Below are positions 26,429 through 40,058 of a stretch of DNA of 64,000 nucleotides, one piece after another; the stretch's first letter is position 1; each line of letters begins with the position of its first letter. Position numbers and translations under genes: made by a program. This stretch comes from Podarcis vaucheri (lineage: Eukaryota), in assembly GCA_965113315.1 (NCBI GenBank), contig OZ220366.1. One strand, 5' to 3'. The notes beneath the pieces are model-generated. The model saw only the letters and a list, made by a program, of their open reading frames with translations, was not told the DNA's origin and did no database searches.

Positions 26429-28220
26429 TTTCGGACTGTGAGCGTAAAGGGGTTTGCACTTCTCCACGAATTTGCATGGCGCTGGATGGCAGTCAGACGC
26501 ATGCATGCATTTCCCGCTCCGATTCCGAGCTTGTCTCGCAGTGTCTCCAGCGCAGCGACCCTGGGAGCAGGTGCAGCGGGAAAGGCTGACTGACGAGTCC
26601 CCCTCCTGCACAAGATAAGGAGCAGTTCACATCAGCAAGAAACCCTTTTTAAACAGCCTTGGAAAGAAGGCTCTGTCGGGACCACCAGAGAAAAGGTGCA
26701 GCTTTGGTTTTCCCCACACCTCCATAGGGCAGATCGCGTTTGTCCTCTATTTACCTGCCTGGGGTCAAGGCTCCAGTCTCCGGAAGAGAAAAGCAAGAAT
26801 ATGAATATCTCGTGCGCCACCCGCAGGCAGAGCTGGAGAATGACAGGAGGGAGGCGCCGCCACGGATTCCACGGGGCTCTTCGCTGTGCTTTCTGGGAGC
26901 CACGCGGAATTCACAGTGGAATGAATGGAGCGAGCGCCGCAAGCCTAGGCGAGCATTTTAGGAGCCTCGGAAGAGGCAGCGCTTATCCCGGCCTTGAGGG
27001 CTGAAAGTGAATTTGTGCTAGAACCACCACATGAGTGACCTTTGGCTATTCTTAACCGCAGTCACCTTAATTAAACTTGCGGATATCCCACCAACTGTCC
27101 CCCGCCTCCCGCATGGACTGGCCATGTGTGCAAAATGGTATTAGCCCTCCACGCAAATTAATCCGAAATAATTACCAGGTTTTGGTTCTGCATACGGACG
27201 TTGGTTAGCATCCCCGCAGCACTCACAGACATACAGGGAAAGGGTGGAAATAAAAACCCATTCTGTGAGTGCGAAGAAAAGTTAATAACTTCTCATTAAG
27301 ATGAGTATTGTGTAACCACGAATATGTTACTGTGTGTTTACAATGCTTCTGGACAAGGAAGGTACCAGGCCTTGATAGTTACTCTGGAATAGCTAATCTG
27401 GGTTAAGAGGGGTGTACCATCTCCTTACTCCTTGTGAGGAAGTGGGAAGATTGCTTTCTACAGCTCTTTTGCTAGGGTTAACGGGATAAATTCTGTCTTT
27501 TTGTGGCGCTCTAAAGTCATATACATCATTATCATTAATCTCTTCTACTATGGAGCTATTGCTGCACAGAGATGTCACCAAAACCATGCTCTCCAGCATT
27601 GGATAAAGGAAATGTGCCCCCGTTGTGAATCAGGCACTCATAATCGTGGCGCTCAGAGAAAATAAGATTTTCTCCTCTTGTGAAACTGTCCCAAAATCAT
27701 ATTTACACACCTAGATCGCACCAACCCCTTATCATATATGAGGTGCTGTACGAATTGGTGCTATCTATTAATTAATTAATTAATTAATTACACCGTATAA
27801 AAGTGATAAGAACCCAGTTACACAGGCAATATTGTACCAGACGGATAAGGATTCAAAGGAAAGAGATGCCCAGGGGAGAACAAGACCTTCACACCTTTCT
27901 TGCGTCTTATTAAAAGCCGATTTCAGAGCAACATGTTTCTGATTTAGCTCCGGGCGGAGCGGTCTTTTGCAGCACGATTTAAACCAAGCCTTCATGCAAA
28001 TCTTTCACTCCGTGTCACAAAACCGTTATTAGCAGAGAGCAGAGTGGGACTGGAGAGAGGGGGCGAAGGGCGTGGGAGAGATTATAGTGTGTACAATCTA
28101 TGTAGGCTGCAGTACACACCAGATATTTAAAGCACAGATCACATCCCCCCAAGGAATCATGGGAACTGTAGTTCGAAAATATAGTTCAGTGAGGGGTAAA
28201 ATGCAGTTTGTGGGGTTCTT

Positions 28221-28460
28221 CATAGAATTGTAGAGTTGGAAGGGACCCCGGGGGCCATCTAGTCCAACCCACTGCAATGCAGGCAGCTCAACTAAAGCAT
28301 CCATGATAGATGGCCATCTGACCTCTGCTTAAAAACCTCCAAGGAAGGAGAGTCCACTCCCTTCCGAGGTAGCCAGTCCGTTCCACTGTTGAACAGAAAA
28401 TTCTTCCTGACGTTGAGTCGGATTCGGAATATCCTTTCTTTGTTGAAACTTGAAGCCATG
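28221..28460 (-). mobile_element. CR1 LINE 3' end fragment, inserted into a small palindromic MITE (28110-28510)
   Basis: catagaattgtagagttggaagggacc...atctagtccaacc is the reverse complement of the CR1 3' terminus. Confidence 0.8.
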
Positions 28461-28753
28461 GTTGTGTGTGTGTGTGGTTTGAATATGCTTTAAAGGTATA
28501 GTGTGTGTAGTGTAATATTATGAGTTAAGGTTTATATACTATGCCAGTATACACCCAAATTGCATGTTTAGTCTCTGAACATTCTTTCAGCATAAAGATT
28601 TGGGCCAGGAAAGCATGTACTGGGTACATATAGAGTGCCGTTGCAGCTGCTGTTTGAGGGGCTGGGCTGGAGCTTCTAGGGTCCAATGGGCAGGCCAAAG
28701 CCCCGACATCTTCAACGGTGGCCTGGTGGGGTGCGGGTCTTCCTTCCCTACAG

Positions 28754-29185
28754 CAGTGCTCCCCAACCTTTTTATCGCCGTGGACCGGTAAATGTTTGAT
28801 AATTTTTCCGTGGCCCGCTTGTTTTGAGCTGAGTCCCCCCCTCCGTGCACTTAGCTCACGGCAGCTTCTCTTCAGTCCCCGCGTCTCCAACCTCGAGTCC
28901 TCAGTCCTCCCGTGGCGCCTCCTCCTCGGCCAGTGGTGTGAGGTTTGCCTTTCGGCCAATCAGGAAGCGGGAGGACCCGCTCCCTAATTGGCCAGGAGGA
29001 GCATCAGTGTAACAATAGCGAATTTTCATTCACTATTGTCACACAATGGGCGGGCTTGAGAGGGCGCAATGCTCTGCACCTCGGCCGCCCGCCACAGTGA
29101 AATGATTTGAAGTTCCTCGGGCGGCCCAGTGCCGATTGATCCATGGACCGGCACCGGTCCGCGGCCCGGGGGTTGGGGAACACTG
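28754..29185. mobile_element. hAT MITE A (oldest element of the nest)
   Basis: TIRs CAGTGCTCCCCAACC / GGTTGGGGAACACTG; left TSD ccctacag, right ccctac(ctac)ag after removing the nested element. Confidence 0.8.
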
Positions 29186-29188
29186 CCC

Positions 29189-29755
29189 CAGTGGCGTAGC
29201 GTGGGGGGTGCAGGGGGGCCCGGTCGCACCGGGCGCAACACCTGGGGGTTAGGGTTAAAGGTAAAGGTACCCCTGCCCGAACGGGTACCCCTGCCCGAAC
29301 GGGCCAGTCTTGACAGACTCTGGGGTTTGTGCGCCCATCTCACATCTATAGGCCGGGGGCCAGCGCTGTCCGGAGACACTTCCGGGTCACGTGGCCAGCG
29401 TGACAAAGCTGCATCTGGCGAGCCAGCGCAGCACACGGAACGCCGTTTACCTTCCCGCTGGTAAGCGGTACCTATTTATCTACTTGCACCCGGGGGTGCT
29501 TTCGAACTGCTAGGTTGGCAGGCGCTGGGACCGAGCAGCGGGAGCGCACCCCGCCGCGGGGATTCGAACCGCCGACCTTTCGATCGGCAAGCCCTAGGCG
29601 CTGAGGCTTTTACCCACAGCGCCACCCGCATCCCTGTCGCCACCCGCGTCCCTGTTAGGGTTAGGGTGTTAGGGTTAGGGGGCGCAAATCCACGGGTTAG
29701 GGGGCGCAAATTACTTGCCTTGCCCCGGGTGCTGACAACCCACGCTACGCCACTG
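29189..29755. mobile_element. hAT MITE B (interrupted by a Sauria SINE)
   Basis: TIRs CAGTGGCGTAGCGTGGG / CCCACGCTACGCCACTG; perfect 8-bp TSD CACTGCCC at 29181-29188 and 29756-29763. Confidence 0.88.
29256..29652 (-). mobile_element. Sauria SINE, full length, young
   Basis: Reverse complement of gggacgcgggtggcgctgtggg...ggttcgaatccc...(ACCTTT)n tail; ~98% identical to 60001-60366. Confidence 0.92.
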
Positions 29756-31366
29756 CACTGCCCTACCTACAGGGTGACTTGTGGCACATTTTTAGCTTAG
29801 AACTGAAACCTTGGGAGGATTCTGCAAACAGAATTATTCTTCTTCTCTGATGCAACCTGTGGCGTTGTTGCTTTCGGCAGCTTTTGCACATGGACTGCTG
29901 CTTTCGTTACTGCTAGTAATTTAGGAGAGACGAGTTTCCCGAGGACAATGTCAGGGGGGGGGGGGGACAGGATCTCCGAGGAACCGTCTGGAGTACTCAT
30001 TTTGTTTTGACCCGAACCCTGTTCGAGGGGTTCTGAAATGGCCGTGTTGAAGTTAAGGGCATTATGTTATGACCTGTCTTTGGTGAAAGAGACTTCGGCC
30101 ATCCGAGCACGGTGTCGATCACTATTTAAAGAATAATTATTATTTTAAAAGCAGCCGAAGTGAAGCAGTGGTCCACGCTCTACAGACAACCAGGAGTGTG
30201 AGCGCTAAGGTGTTTCGGTCCCCTTAAAGAATAAACGGTTATGTTGTTTACGAAAGCGACAGCCCTATTATCTGATTTCTTCTACTACTACTCCCAACAT
30301 CCCACTACTTTTGTGGTAGTTGGTCAACCTCTCAGTGGGTCAGGAGGTGGGTCCGAGCAATGCCATTCATAATCAAGAACCTATTTTCATATTGATTAAA
30401 TGTGTAACATTGAAGGAGATCCGTGCCCGGGATAAATAGTGTGAGATCCCATCTACCCTCAGTCTAGACTTCCTGCTGAAGGGACTTCCGAGGGTGGAGG
30501 AAACAAGGGGATTTCACGCGGCTGAGGGAATTTTCCCTCACAGGAGAAAAGGCGGGAAAGTTAGTTCAAGTTATGTACAGCATAGACCCATTAAAATAAA
30601 TAACTTCATTGATTTCACTGGGTCTAACTGATTATTTCTTAGAAATCTAAAGGGGGGATATAATATGTCCAATTAACAGGAGCTGCACGGTTTGCTAGCA
30701 AACCGTTCCGCCCAAAGTCAAGTTATATAGATGGGGAGGTCTTGAATCGGAAGGATTTGTGAAAGGGGCAAATGGATGGATTTGCCGAAGCGACAGCAGC
30801 GGGGGTTTGAGTGAAGGGACCAAACGTTTGCACTTTAAAGCACCAAGGCAATAATACTGTATAGCTGGGCTGCCTTTTGCCTCCGTAGCCTCCCTTCGCA
30901 AGGGCTTGTGGGAAGATGGCGGGGGCGGTGTGGGGGAAGAGGAGAGAGAGAGTACAAAACTCTTTTTCAGGGCGTCTTTAGCGAGGTCCCCTCGGCCGAT
31001 TTCAGGGAGGCTTATGTTACTTTGTGGGGGATCACCCCCCCACCTCTAAAATGGCAACTGAACCCTGAGTAACATGTGGGCCGGCCAGGCCCTTTCGCAA
31101 CGTGGCGGCCTTCAGCTGAATCTAAACCCTAATGTCATGGAGCTAACTTTCCTGAGGAAAAGACCACCTAACTCGCCGAGAAACCCGCTCGGGGAACTGC
31201 ACAGGCAGGGCAGGGAGGCCCAGCTCCCCCTAATATGACCCAGCCAATGTTACGCTGCTTTTCTCCCTCTGCTGCAGAGGGAAAAGGCCAACTTGCACCT
31301 CCCGCTAGTGCTTCAGATGAACTGTATTCATGTGCGTTAACTGAGGCTTCTCGGTTCCTTTTCTAG

Positions 31367-31449
31367 GTCTGGGAGACGCCTGGGGCCAGCCGAGCAGATT
31401 AGGCCCCTTGGATAATGTCGCGAAGGAGCTGGGCTCGCATTTGCTTCAG
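31367..31449 (+). CDS. SIM2: SIM2 coding exon 2
   Basis: ccttttctag|GT...; (G)[27 protein letters not shown]; donor |gtagag; 83 nt. Confidence 0.97.
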
Positions 31450-32407
31450 GTAGAGTCTCTGCGATTCGTGCTGCTGCTTCAATACTGTTTGCGTTATTTC
31501 AGGAGTTCGTTGCGTTAAAACACACTAGATCTCGCCCCCAAACCCAAGGCTCGGTCCCCTGGAGAGAGCCGCCTTTTTTTGTTTCAAAGGAGAAAGGGAA
31601 GAGATGGTCCATGAGTCTAGTAACTGTGGCTTGTGAACAAACCTGTCGCAGAGAAATTGGGCACATGCTGGCCAGCTCCCTCTTCTTAGGGGTAGATTGG
31701 GACTTCCAGTCCGGGTTTATTATGGTTTGGGAGTACAGAATTAGGGAGTGGCAATGAATGGGTTAATGCAAAATAAAAGAATGTGATGATCTTGTGTTTG
31801 CAGGACAACCATAAATCAAGTGGAATAAATGGGCAAGAAACCCTAGTGGCTTGTAATTTATAATATATGCTTGCATATACACACATTTCAGTCAATCTAT
31901 ATGTGCTGCAATAGGCTCTTTTTAAACAGCTGCATATCTATATCTATACACAAACATGCATTTTTAATGGGAGATTTCAGTTCACTCATTGCTCAGTAGG
32001 GAAAACCTTTAAAAGAACGCATGGCTCCTGTGGTGGGAGGAGAACATCTGGATTAGATCTTCCATTGACGTTAGCACCTGAAAATACAGTTGTTCAAAAT
32101 CTGGTTGATCCACTTTGGAATTCTGCTTCTCTCTATTGTGTAAGTCCCAATGCTGCAAAGGGTATCATGCGTGTGCTCACCTCACAAAAGGTTTTTTTGC
32201 TAGTAAATTCCTCCTGATTTTACAGGTATAATAAAGAGAAATGCAGCCTTGAGTAGGTGAAACTGGAAAAATAAAACAAACTGTTTTTCAAAACTACTAT
32301 AATTCATCTTACACTCACTATTGTAACCTTTTTGCATGTTTGTAAAGGTAGCCCTGAAAATAGGAGGTAAGGGTTGAGAACTTTGTTTTAGTTATGCTTT
32401 ATGCCAC

Positions 32408-32490
32408 TGTTCTAACCATGTCTACTCAGAAGTAATTCCCATTTAATTCAATGGGGTTTACTCCTAGGTAAGGGGGTTAGTGTTGCACCC
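32408..32490 (+). repeat. Well-preserved copy of the ~85-bp palindromic mini-element
   Basis: catgtctactcagaagtaattcccatttaattcaatggggtttactcctaggtaag. Confidence 0.75.
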
Positions 32491-34901
32491 TTGGTTCTTA
32501 AACTTTGCAACCACATTTTACTAGCAGATGACATTTGCAGGGCCTTCTGAAACCTGAATAAGCAGACACTGTGATAAAGGTTTCCATATCTTAATCATTA
32601 TTTTCACTAATTTCCATTGGATAGTGGGGTGTATATAATTGTAATACATTAACAAATGCTTTGGCATTAATGTAGAATGAGGTGTATAATGAACTTTTTG
32701 CTGGAATGTAACCTGTTTTGAAAGTAACTTTAATGAAAACAGAAATTCACATTCTTAAAGTATACTTTATTTGTCATAATGTTGTTGCATAGAAAGTCAA
32801 CTTCATGAAAAATAGTGTATACTTTAAGAAAAAAAACTTTTAGAACATATTTGTCGACAAAAGTCAAATATATGTTTAAACAAAATGTGATATAAATTAA
32901 TCTTTCAAAAATATATTTTGGCACACAGTAAGAAGCTTAGTGACATCTATTTATCTGCTAGCTATTTAAAAATGTGTATCTTACCTCTTATGCTTGAGAT
33001 GGTTTGCAATATTTAATATTTATAACATACCTGCAACTTCTTAATTTACTATTTTCAAATTGTGTTTAACACAAAATAATGATGTAATACTATTTAAAAT
33101 GTCCAGTTATTTATGAATTATAAATGTTGTTTTAAGACATGCAGCTACTTCACTGAAAATATGTGTGCTTTCACCTTTGAGCAAAGAAGGGAGGGGAGTG
33201 CCATGTATTTAAAGAGCCACTAAAAGTAAGGTTTTCTAATGGAAGTGCCAATGCAGCCTAACTATAACATCGGGGAACAAATTGCTAGTTTATGAGGAAT
33301 GTTTTAAAGCAATGTTTTATTTAAGAAAGCAGTGATTTCTTTCCCATGTTAATACTGCTACAAAGTTTTGTTTATGTTCAGAAGAAGGGGGGCGGGAATG
33401 AAACCAAAGAGTAATCTGGTTCTAATTACATGCTGTAAAAGTAGAGTAGGTCAGAGAATAATTTGGAATATTTTTTATTGGGGTAACATTGAACTTGCCC
33501 CTCTGTTGCAGACTTTTATTACTTTCCTTTTGTTCCAGCATCTTAAAATATGAACTAGTAAATATAAAAGGCAATTGTTTTATCTATGTACAGTATTTAG
33601 AAATACATTTCCCTTTTCAAATGTAGACCTCTTTCCCTCCATATGGAGAATTATTATAGTCTAATCACACTTGCGTAGAGGTGGGTTTTGTTTTAATGAA
33701 CATTTGGTCCTCTGATAAGCAGTAACTTCTAAGGTCTTACTTAGACAGAGAGAGGTCTTTCTCAGCCTGCCTACCTGAGATGCTTTAACTGGCAATTTAA
33801 CTTGAGACCTTTGAGCTGTGGCATCTCTCTCAAATCATTGCTCCATTCTGATTGGCAGGCTTTTTTGAACTTTACCTGCTTTGCTACCTGAGATTCTTCA
33901 AAAGGCAATGCCAGGATTAAATCTGGGACCTGCTGCATATGAAATGGTATTCTAGTGCATTAAGGTTCTTCCCTGAAATCAGCAGAGCTTGTTTCCAAAT
34001 ACATGTTTCTGGGACTGAGATGCCTTTCCTTTTGTGACTCATACCCGAATCCTCAAAATGGTGTTTGGAAGCAGATTTAAATTTACTCATGTGATCAGGA
34101 TTAGTGTTTTTAAAATACAACAATATACTAAATTTTTTGCTGAGCCTTCATTTTATCTTATTGGTTAAAATATGCAATATTAGGTCCCAAGCAATAACTA
34201 TAGAATCAGTCAAAGTATCATATTGCAGAATTACTTGTGAACAATTATATAAGGTAGTTGTAACTTTCAAGGGATTTCCCTTCTATCATTTTTGAAATTA
34301 TGGTTTCATAAAACTTATTTTATGAAACATTCATGTTCTTTTCATTTTCATTACAAGTTTCAAAGGAGCCACTTGTCAGATTATTCTGTGCTCACGAAAC
34401 CCTTAATAAAAATAGTCAGAAGAATGTAAAACATCACTCAGGAATCATTAAAACTGTAAATAGTGATAAGTTATTTCTACCAATTAATTGGGATTGGTTT
34501 CCCCCATAAGAACTCAGGACTATAATAACCCAATATCAACATGAGAATGTTAAATTTGCTGCCGCTGTAAAACTAGCATATGTAAGGGGAGAATGAGTTA
34601 GATTTAACTTTTTATAGTGTGTGTGTATAATAGTAATTGGGCAGCACCAATTATATAATACAGTTAAATCTGTTTTTAATCTGTTTTAATTTTATTATTG
34701 TATACTTAATTTGATTATTTATTTTACCTGCTTATAAATCATTTTGGGATGTTTTAGTGGGAAGTGATACACATATTTAATCAACCTAACCTAGTCTTCA
34801 TCAAGCCAAATTGGGTAATATGTTTTAAAATATATGTTCTTCTGTAGGAGGAAATAAAAAAACTTATCACAAGCAACTTGACTGTATATTGTAAGTGGTA
34901 A

Positions 34902-35072
<171 letters not shown>

Positions 35073-38000
35073 TGATTTTAGGTGTTTTTTTTTAAAGTTA
35101 AATAATTCACACAGCTTATCACTGTAAAGGAAAAACTTTGCATTTTGCTTGTTACTTATATGCATTTTGAAACTAAGAATGCAGTCCACAAAAGTGCTTT
35201 GCTAACTCTACTCTCCCTTGTGCTACTAAAGCCCTCTGGAAGCTGGATACAGCATAGTCCACTTATCATACAATTATAGCAAGTGCTGCCTATTCCTAGC
35301 TGGGTGTTGTTGCAAATGGCCATTGGCCAGAGCAGTGGTATAGATCTCTGGAAAAAAAGTGGAAATTTCCAGTCTGTGTTTTGAATTGTATGCAGTAAGA
35401 ATATAAGAACTGCTGGATCTGACCAAAGGCCCATCCATCTCACAGTGGCCAACCAGATGCCTATAGGAAGTCCACAAGCAGGAACTGAGTGCAACAGCAG
35501 TCTCTCCACTTGCAGTGTTAGCTGCTGTGAAAACAGAGGAAACCTGAGTTTTATAGTAAATGTGCTTTAGGAAAAAAATAAAAAGGGAGCAGATTTATGA
35601 GTGTTCACATGGAATTCAGGCAATTTTTCTTGAGTTTTGCCAGCCTTGTGGCCTTTTCAGTAAAGCGTTTTATATGTTTATGGTAGAACTCATAAAACCA
35701 GGTTTACTACTGTTCTGCTCAAACGTTAGTGTTTGGGGTTTTAGGGCACTGTTACATTTGTTCATTTTAAAGGTAACTAACAATTTCTTAAATGTATGTT
35801 CAACTGAAAACAATGGGATTTACTTTCAAGTACATGTGTTTAGAATAAAGGAATTCTATTTCTGTTAGCAAGCTGAATTGGGATGTGATACAGCATTTTG
35901 AAATATTTGTGCCCAAAACTTGTAATTAGCCCATGTTTAATGGTTTGAAAAGTTATTATTTAGCAACCTTAGGTTGCAATCATATACCACTTAAACTCAG
36001 TGCGATTTCCTTCTGATGTAGAGGATTGTGCCATTTATCAACACTGGATGTTCCCACTATCATGGAAATGTTTCCCCCCCCCCCTTGAAACCTGTGTGAA
36101 GTACTGCTGATTCAGTAAACAGTAAAGAGGGTGTTTATTTTCATGTGTGGAGTGGCTCTTACAGAATGCTCCCATGTGGGCCTTAAAGTGCATGGTGGGT
36201 CAGTATTCGCTTGCCAGCTTCATTTTGTAGGCTTCTCCTTGTAGCCTTGAGCGAAGATCCACATATTTGCTTTGACTTTTATTAATTAGAGACAGATTGT
36301 TATTTATCTTAAAAAAAGATTTAAGAATGGTATGTAACTATTTATGAACTCACTGATAGGGCAAGGGACCTGAGGTAGAGTCTGGAATCGTAGTGCCTAG
36401 GCACCACTAAGAGGGGAAGGGCAAGGCAGCAGAAGCAACCTGCTTGCTGTTTCCTCAGAGGCAATTAACAATTGGGCACTAAGGTTTTTTGCAGGACCAT
36501 TTTTGTCATTGTTGGACCTTTTGAAATAATTTTCTGTGATTAGAAAAGACCTCTGTACTAGACTTGTCCCTGATATGACACCTTATTCTCGAGTTGCCTA
36601 CACAGTAAAAACCAATTTTCTAGCTATTTTTAAAAGTAACTTCTCATTTCTTTTCAAAAGTGCTCTGCTTTGGTGACATCTGCTTTTCTCTGAGACTCTC
36701 AGATGAAAGCAGACACCACTAGAATGAGGGAGTTCTTTCGTGGAAAAAATAGAGTAAAAGAAAGCAACTAGTTGTGTTAGTAATAGCAGATCCCTAAATG
36801 CAGGCATGGCAAGGAGGTATGTGAGGTATAGGAGCACTCTTTAAAAACTTTTGACCGTTTTGGTATTCTGGGGAGAGGATTCCCCTCACATTTTCTGTGC
36901 GCCAATACTGTATAGGTAAAGAGGTAATTCTATACATGTGATGCCTTGTTAAGAGACTAAGGTATGACTATGTCTGTTCTACCCTTCCCCAAGTTCTTTC
37001 TGTCTCTAATTTCTACTATAGTTGCCTATTCTGCCTTTTCAAACCACCTTTCCCCCTTTCCAGTTTCTATCCTTCACTCCCTAAAAATGTTCATTGTGCA
37101 AACTGTGTTGCCTCCTTCACTCTCCTGTCTGCAATACTCTACCTTCTTTCTTTACCCTTTTTTCCTTTTGAGAACAATAAGTAGGAAAATATATTTTGGA
37201 AGAATGGCTTTGGGTAAAACACAGCCTCTTTGCATTTACAGTCTCTCTCCCAACAAAGCTAGAAACAGAGAGCTGTGTTATGTTAGGTCTGATTCAGGAT
37301 AATTCTTCCTTCTTGGAAAGGACACAGAGATACAAACTGATACTACTACTTGTTTCCATGTGGGTGGATCTGCCCCTGCTTATATACCACTTGTTTCCTC
37401 AAAACTGGAATGAAGGCCCACAGGACAAGATTGAATTTTTCACATAGCTATTGTGTATACATTTGGTAAACATTAATAAGCATTCACATAGCTGTTAGCC
37501 AGATGAAAGACTGCATTCTCTGGCTTATAAAATGTACTGAGGGACAGCTTTTAAAACTTTAAATTGGTTGAGATTCCAATCTCTAAATGAATCTATGCCT
37601 TAATTCAGTAAAGCAAGGCACATGCTTGTAGAAAACACATGAGTTCAACCACATATTTAAATTTAGACCTGTTGTTAACTAGTTAACTACTGAGAACTGT
37701 GAAGTTTAATTCACAAACTTGTTAAAGCTGCTTTTCATTCCAACCCTAAATGTCCTAGTTCTGGTTGGAACTCAATCAGAATTCTAGTCTCATGGAGTTT
37801 ACTAATTGGTGGAAGAGGAGAGCAGGAAGAAACGGTTGAACCTGTGACTCTTAATAGCTTATCCAGACCATGATAAAAAGGACTGTTTTGCAGTTTTAAC
37901 CTACTAAATGCTAACTGAAATGGTAAAATTTGCATAAGGTGTGAATTCACCTTTATAGAAAAGCTAGCTATGTCAATTGTTTGAGGAATCAGGAGTGCAA

Positions 38001-38584
38001 ATGGATGATGTATACACTGTTCCCAAGCTCAATGTAACAGCCACACTGCCAGGGCTGTGTGAGCATAGTCCTTTAGGAAAAGACCAAACTCTGATTAGCC
38101 TTTGAGAAATGAGTGGGGCTATTCATTTCTCCCCTACCACCCTCCATCCAAGCTTTGATCACACATTTTTAAAAAGGGAGTTATGCCACTTAGAGGTTTT
38201 TTTCATTGTGAAAAATCACGGGAACTAAACATTCTATTTCATTGTTATCTCCTCCAGCAACAACTGTTTGAATCTAGAGCTCAAAGTAGGGTCATACTGA
38301 ATACTTTTTTTGGTGTAATTAGTATTTACATAGATCACAGTCTTCAAGTCACGTATGTATGCTGCAATTGAACCTTTTTTGCTCATGATAAGACAAAACA
38401 ACTTGTAGATCATGGCTATTGGTTGATAGCTGCTTTTGGTCCAGGAAGACGATAGGCGTGTTAGAAATGCAGTGGGGTATTTGTAAATCATATGTATATT
38501 ACATACAAGAGACCTCTGAAAAATAATACTAAATGGAAAAAAAATCTTCTATAGTTCTGAATGTTTTCAATATATTCTTGACAG

Positions 38585-38693
38585 GTGGAACTCACCGGTA
38601 ATAGCATTTATGAGTATATACATCCATCAGACCATGATGAAATGACAGCGGTTCTAACAGCTCACCAGCCTCTTCATCCTCATCTCTTACAAG
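38585..38693 (+). CDS. SIM2: SIM2 coding exon 4 (PAS-A)
   Basis: ttgacag|; [36 protein letters not shown]; G|gtactt; 109 nt. Confidence 0.98.
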
Positions 38694-40058
38694 GTACTTC
38701 CATATGACATGACCATATACAAGTAAAAAGGATGATGAGATGTAGTGCTGATCTTAACATGCTAACACTTAATCCACTGAAATTTACAAATGTAAAAAGG
38801 GTTCCTGGCCAAGTGTTGTATCTAGCTATATTGATGTAGCATCTTTCATCTCATTCCAAATTGTGAAAATAATATTAAAACTTCATTCTTCAGCATATCT
38901 AGTTGCAATATTAGGTTTGTTCACAGTGATGAAACTTTAAGTTGTAGACTACAGTTATGAAATAATAAATTACTTTGCTCTGTGAACAAGGGCGTCTTGG
39001 AAGAGCTGACCCAAAGACCTGGAGGTGCTGGGGGGGCACAGGTGGGGGAGGGGGCACCTCTTAGGGGTGGGGTGGGGTATAGGTATAGAGTTGTGAAAAA
39101 TGCTTTGTGACCATTTGGCAACAAACAAAACATTCTGAAGTTTTATGTGATCCTTCTTCAAAACACATAGAAATGGGAGAGAGCAAGTAAGATTGATTTC
39201 ATTCCATCACCTCAGGGAGGATTCAGGGTTGCATGAAAGCTAAATATAATTTCACAGATGGGGCTAAAGTATCTTGTTAAATAGTCATGTGCAATCTGAA
39301 TGTACAAGCACAAATTCATTACATAAAATAGCCACTGCCTCCTTTTTTAATACCATGACGTATAGCAGAGCAAACCATTTAAATGTCCATAGGACATATT
39401 TATTTGTAAATCTTTTTTGAAGTTGGACATGTTGTCTTTGAATTTCCAGGAAAATGGGATAATTTAAGATACATACTTGATTAAAACAAGAACAATTCAC
39501 TTATTTGAAATTCCAAATGAGTATTTTATCTTTAATGTGTATTTGATAATTGGCATCTCAGTTCAAACTGAATGTAAATAAATATGTGGCTTTAGGTGAG
39601 TCTGTTTTATGTTCTCTCTTAATATCTGGATTGTCTGATCTTCAAAGTATCAGCAATCTGTTTGATGTATGGGTAAGACAAAGGTACACAAATGACATGG
39701 GGCATGATTTCTTTTGTCACATGTGGAGAGTTTCTTATAAGGCCTGGTAAATGTCTCTTCTTTCCTTCCTCCTCTTTGTCATATATGCACCAGCCATTAC
39801 ATTGGAATAGTGCAGAAGGTCTGGATACACTAGAACCATGCTGGCCTTTTGTTCTGAGTAATGGCCAGTACATGGTCTGCAAGAGGGAAAGGAGAAACAC
39901 ATCATTCGTCGCCCCTCTGATGGTGGCTACACATGAAGATGAATTATCCCTTTGGTTTTAATTCATTAAGTATCACACATTGTCCAGTAGCAGGCCATGT
40001 ATCTGGAAAATACTGGCTAGAGTTTTATTTGCAAATTTTCTTTTAAAAGTGCTTAATA

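Noticed and set aside
39030-39077. G-run cluster (G4 candidate) in intron 4; also (GGGA)n near 6265-6295
   Set aside because: Such runs are common in vertebrate DNA and nothing else supports function here
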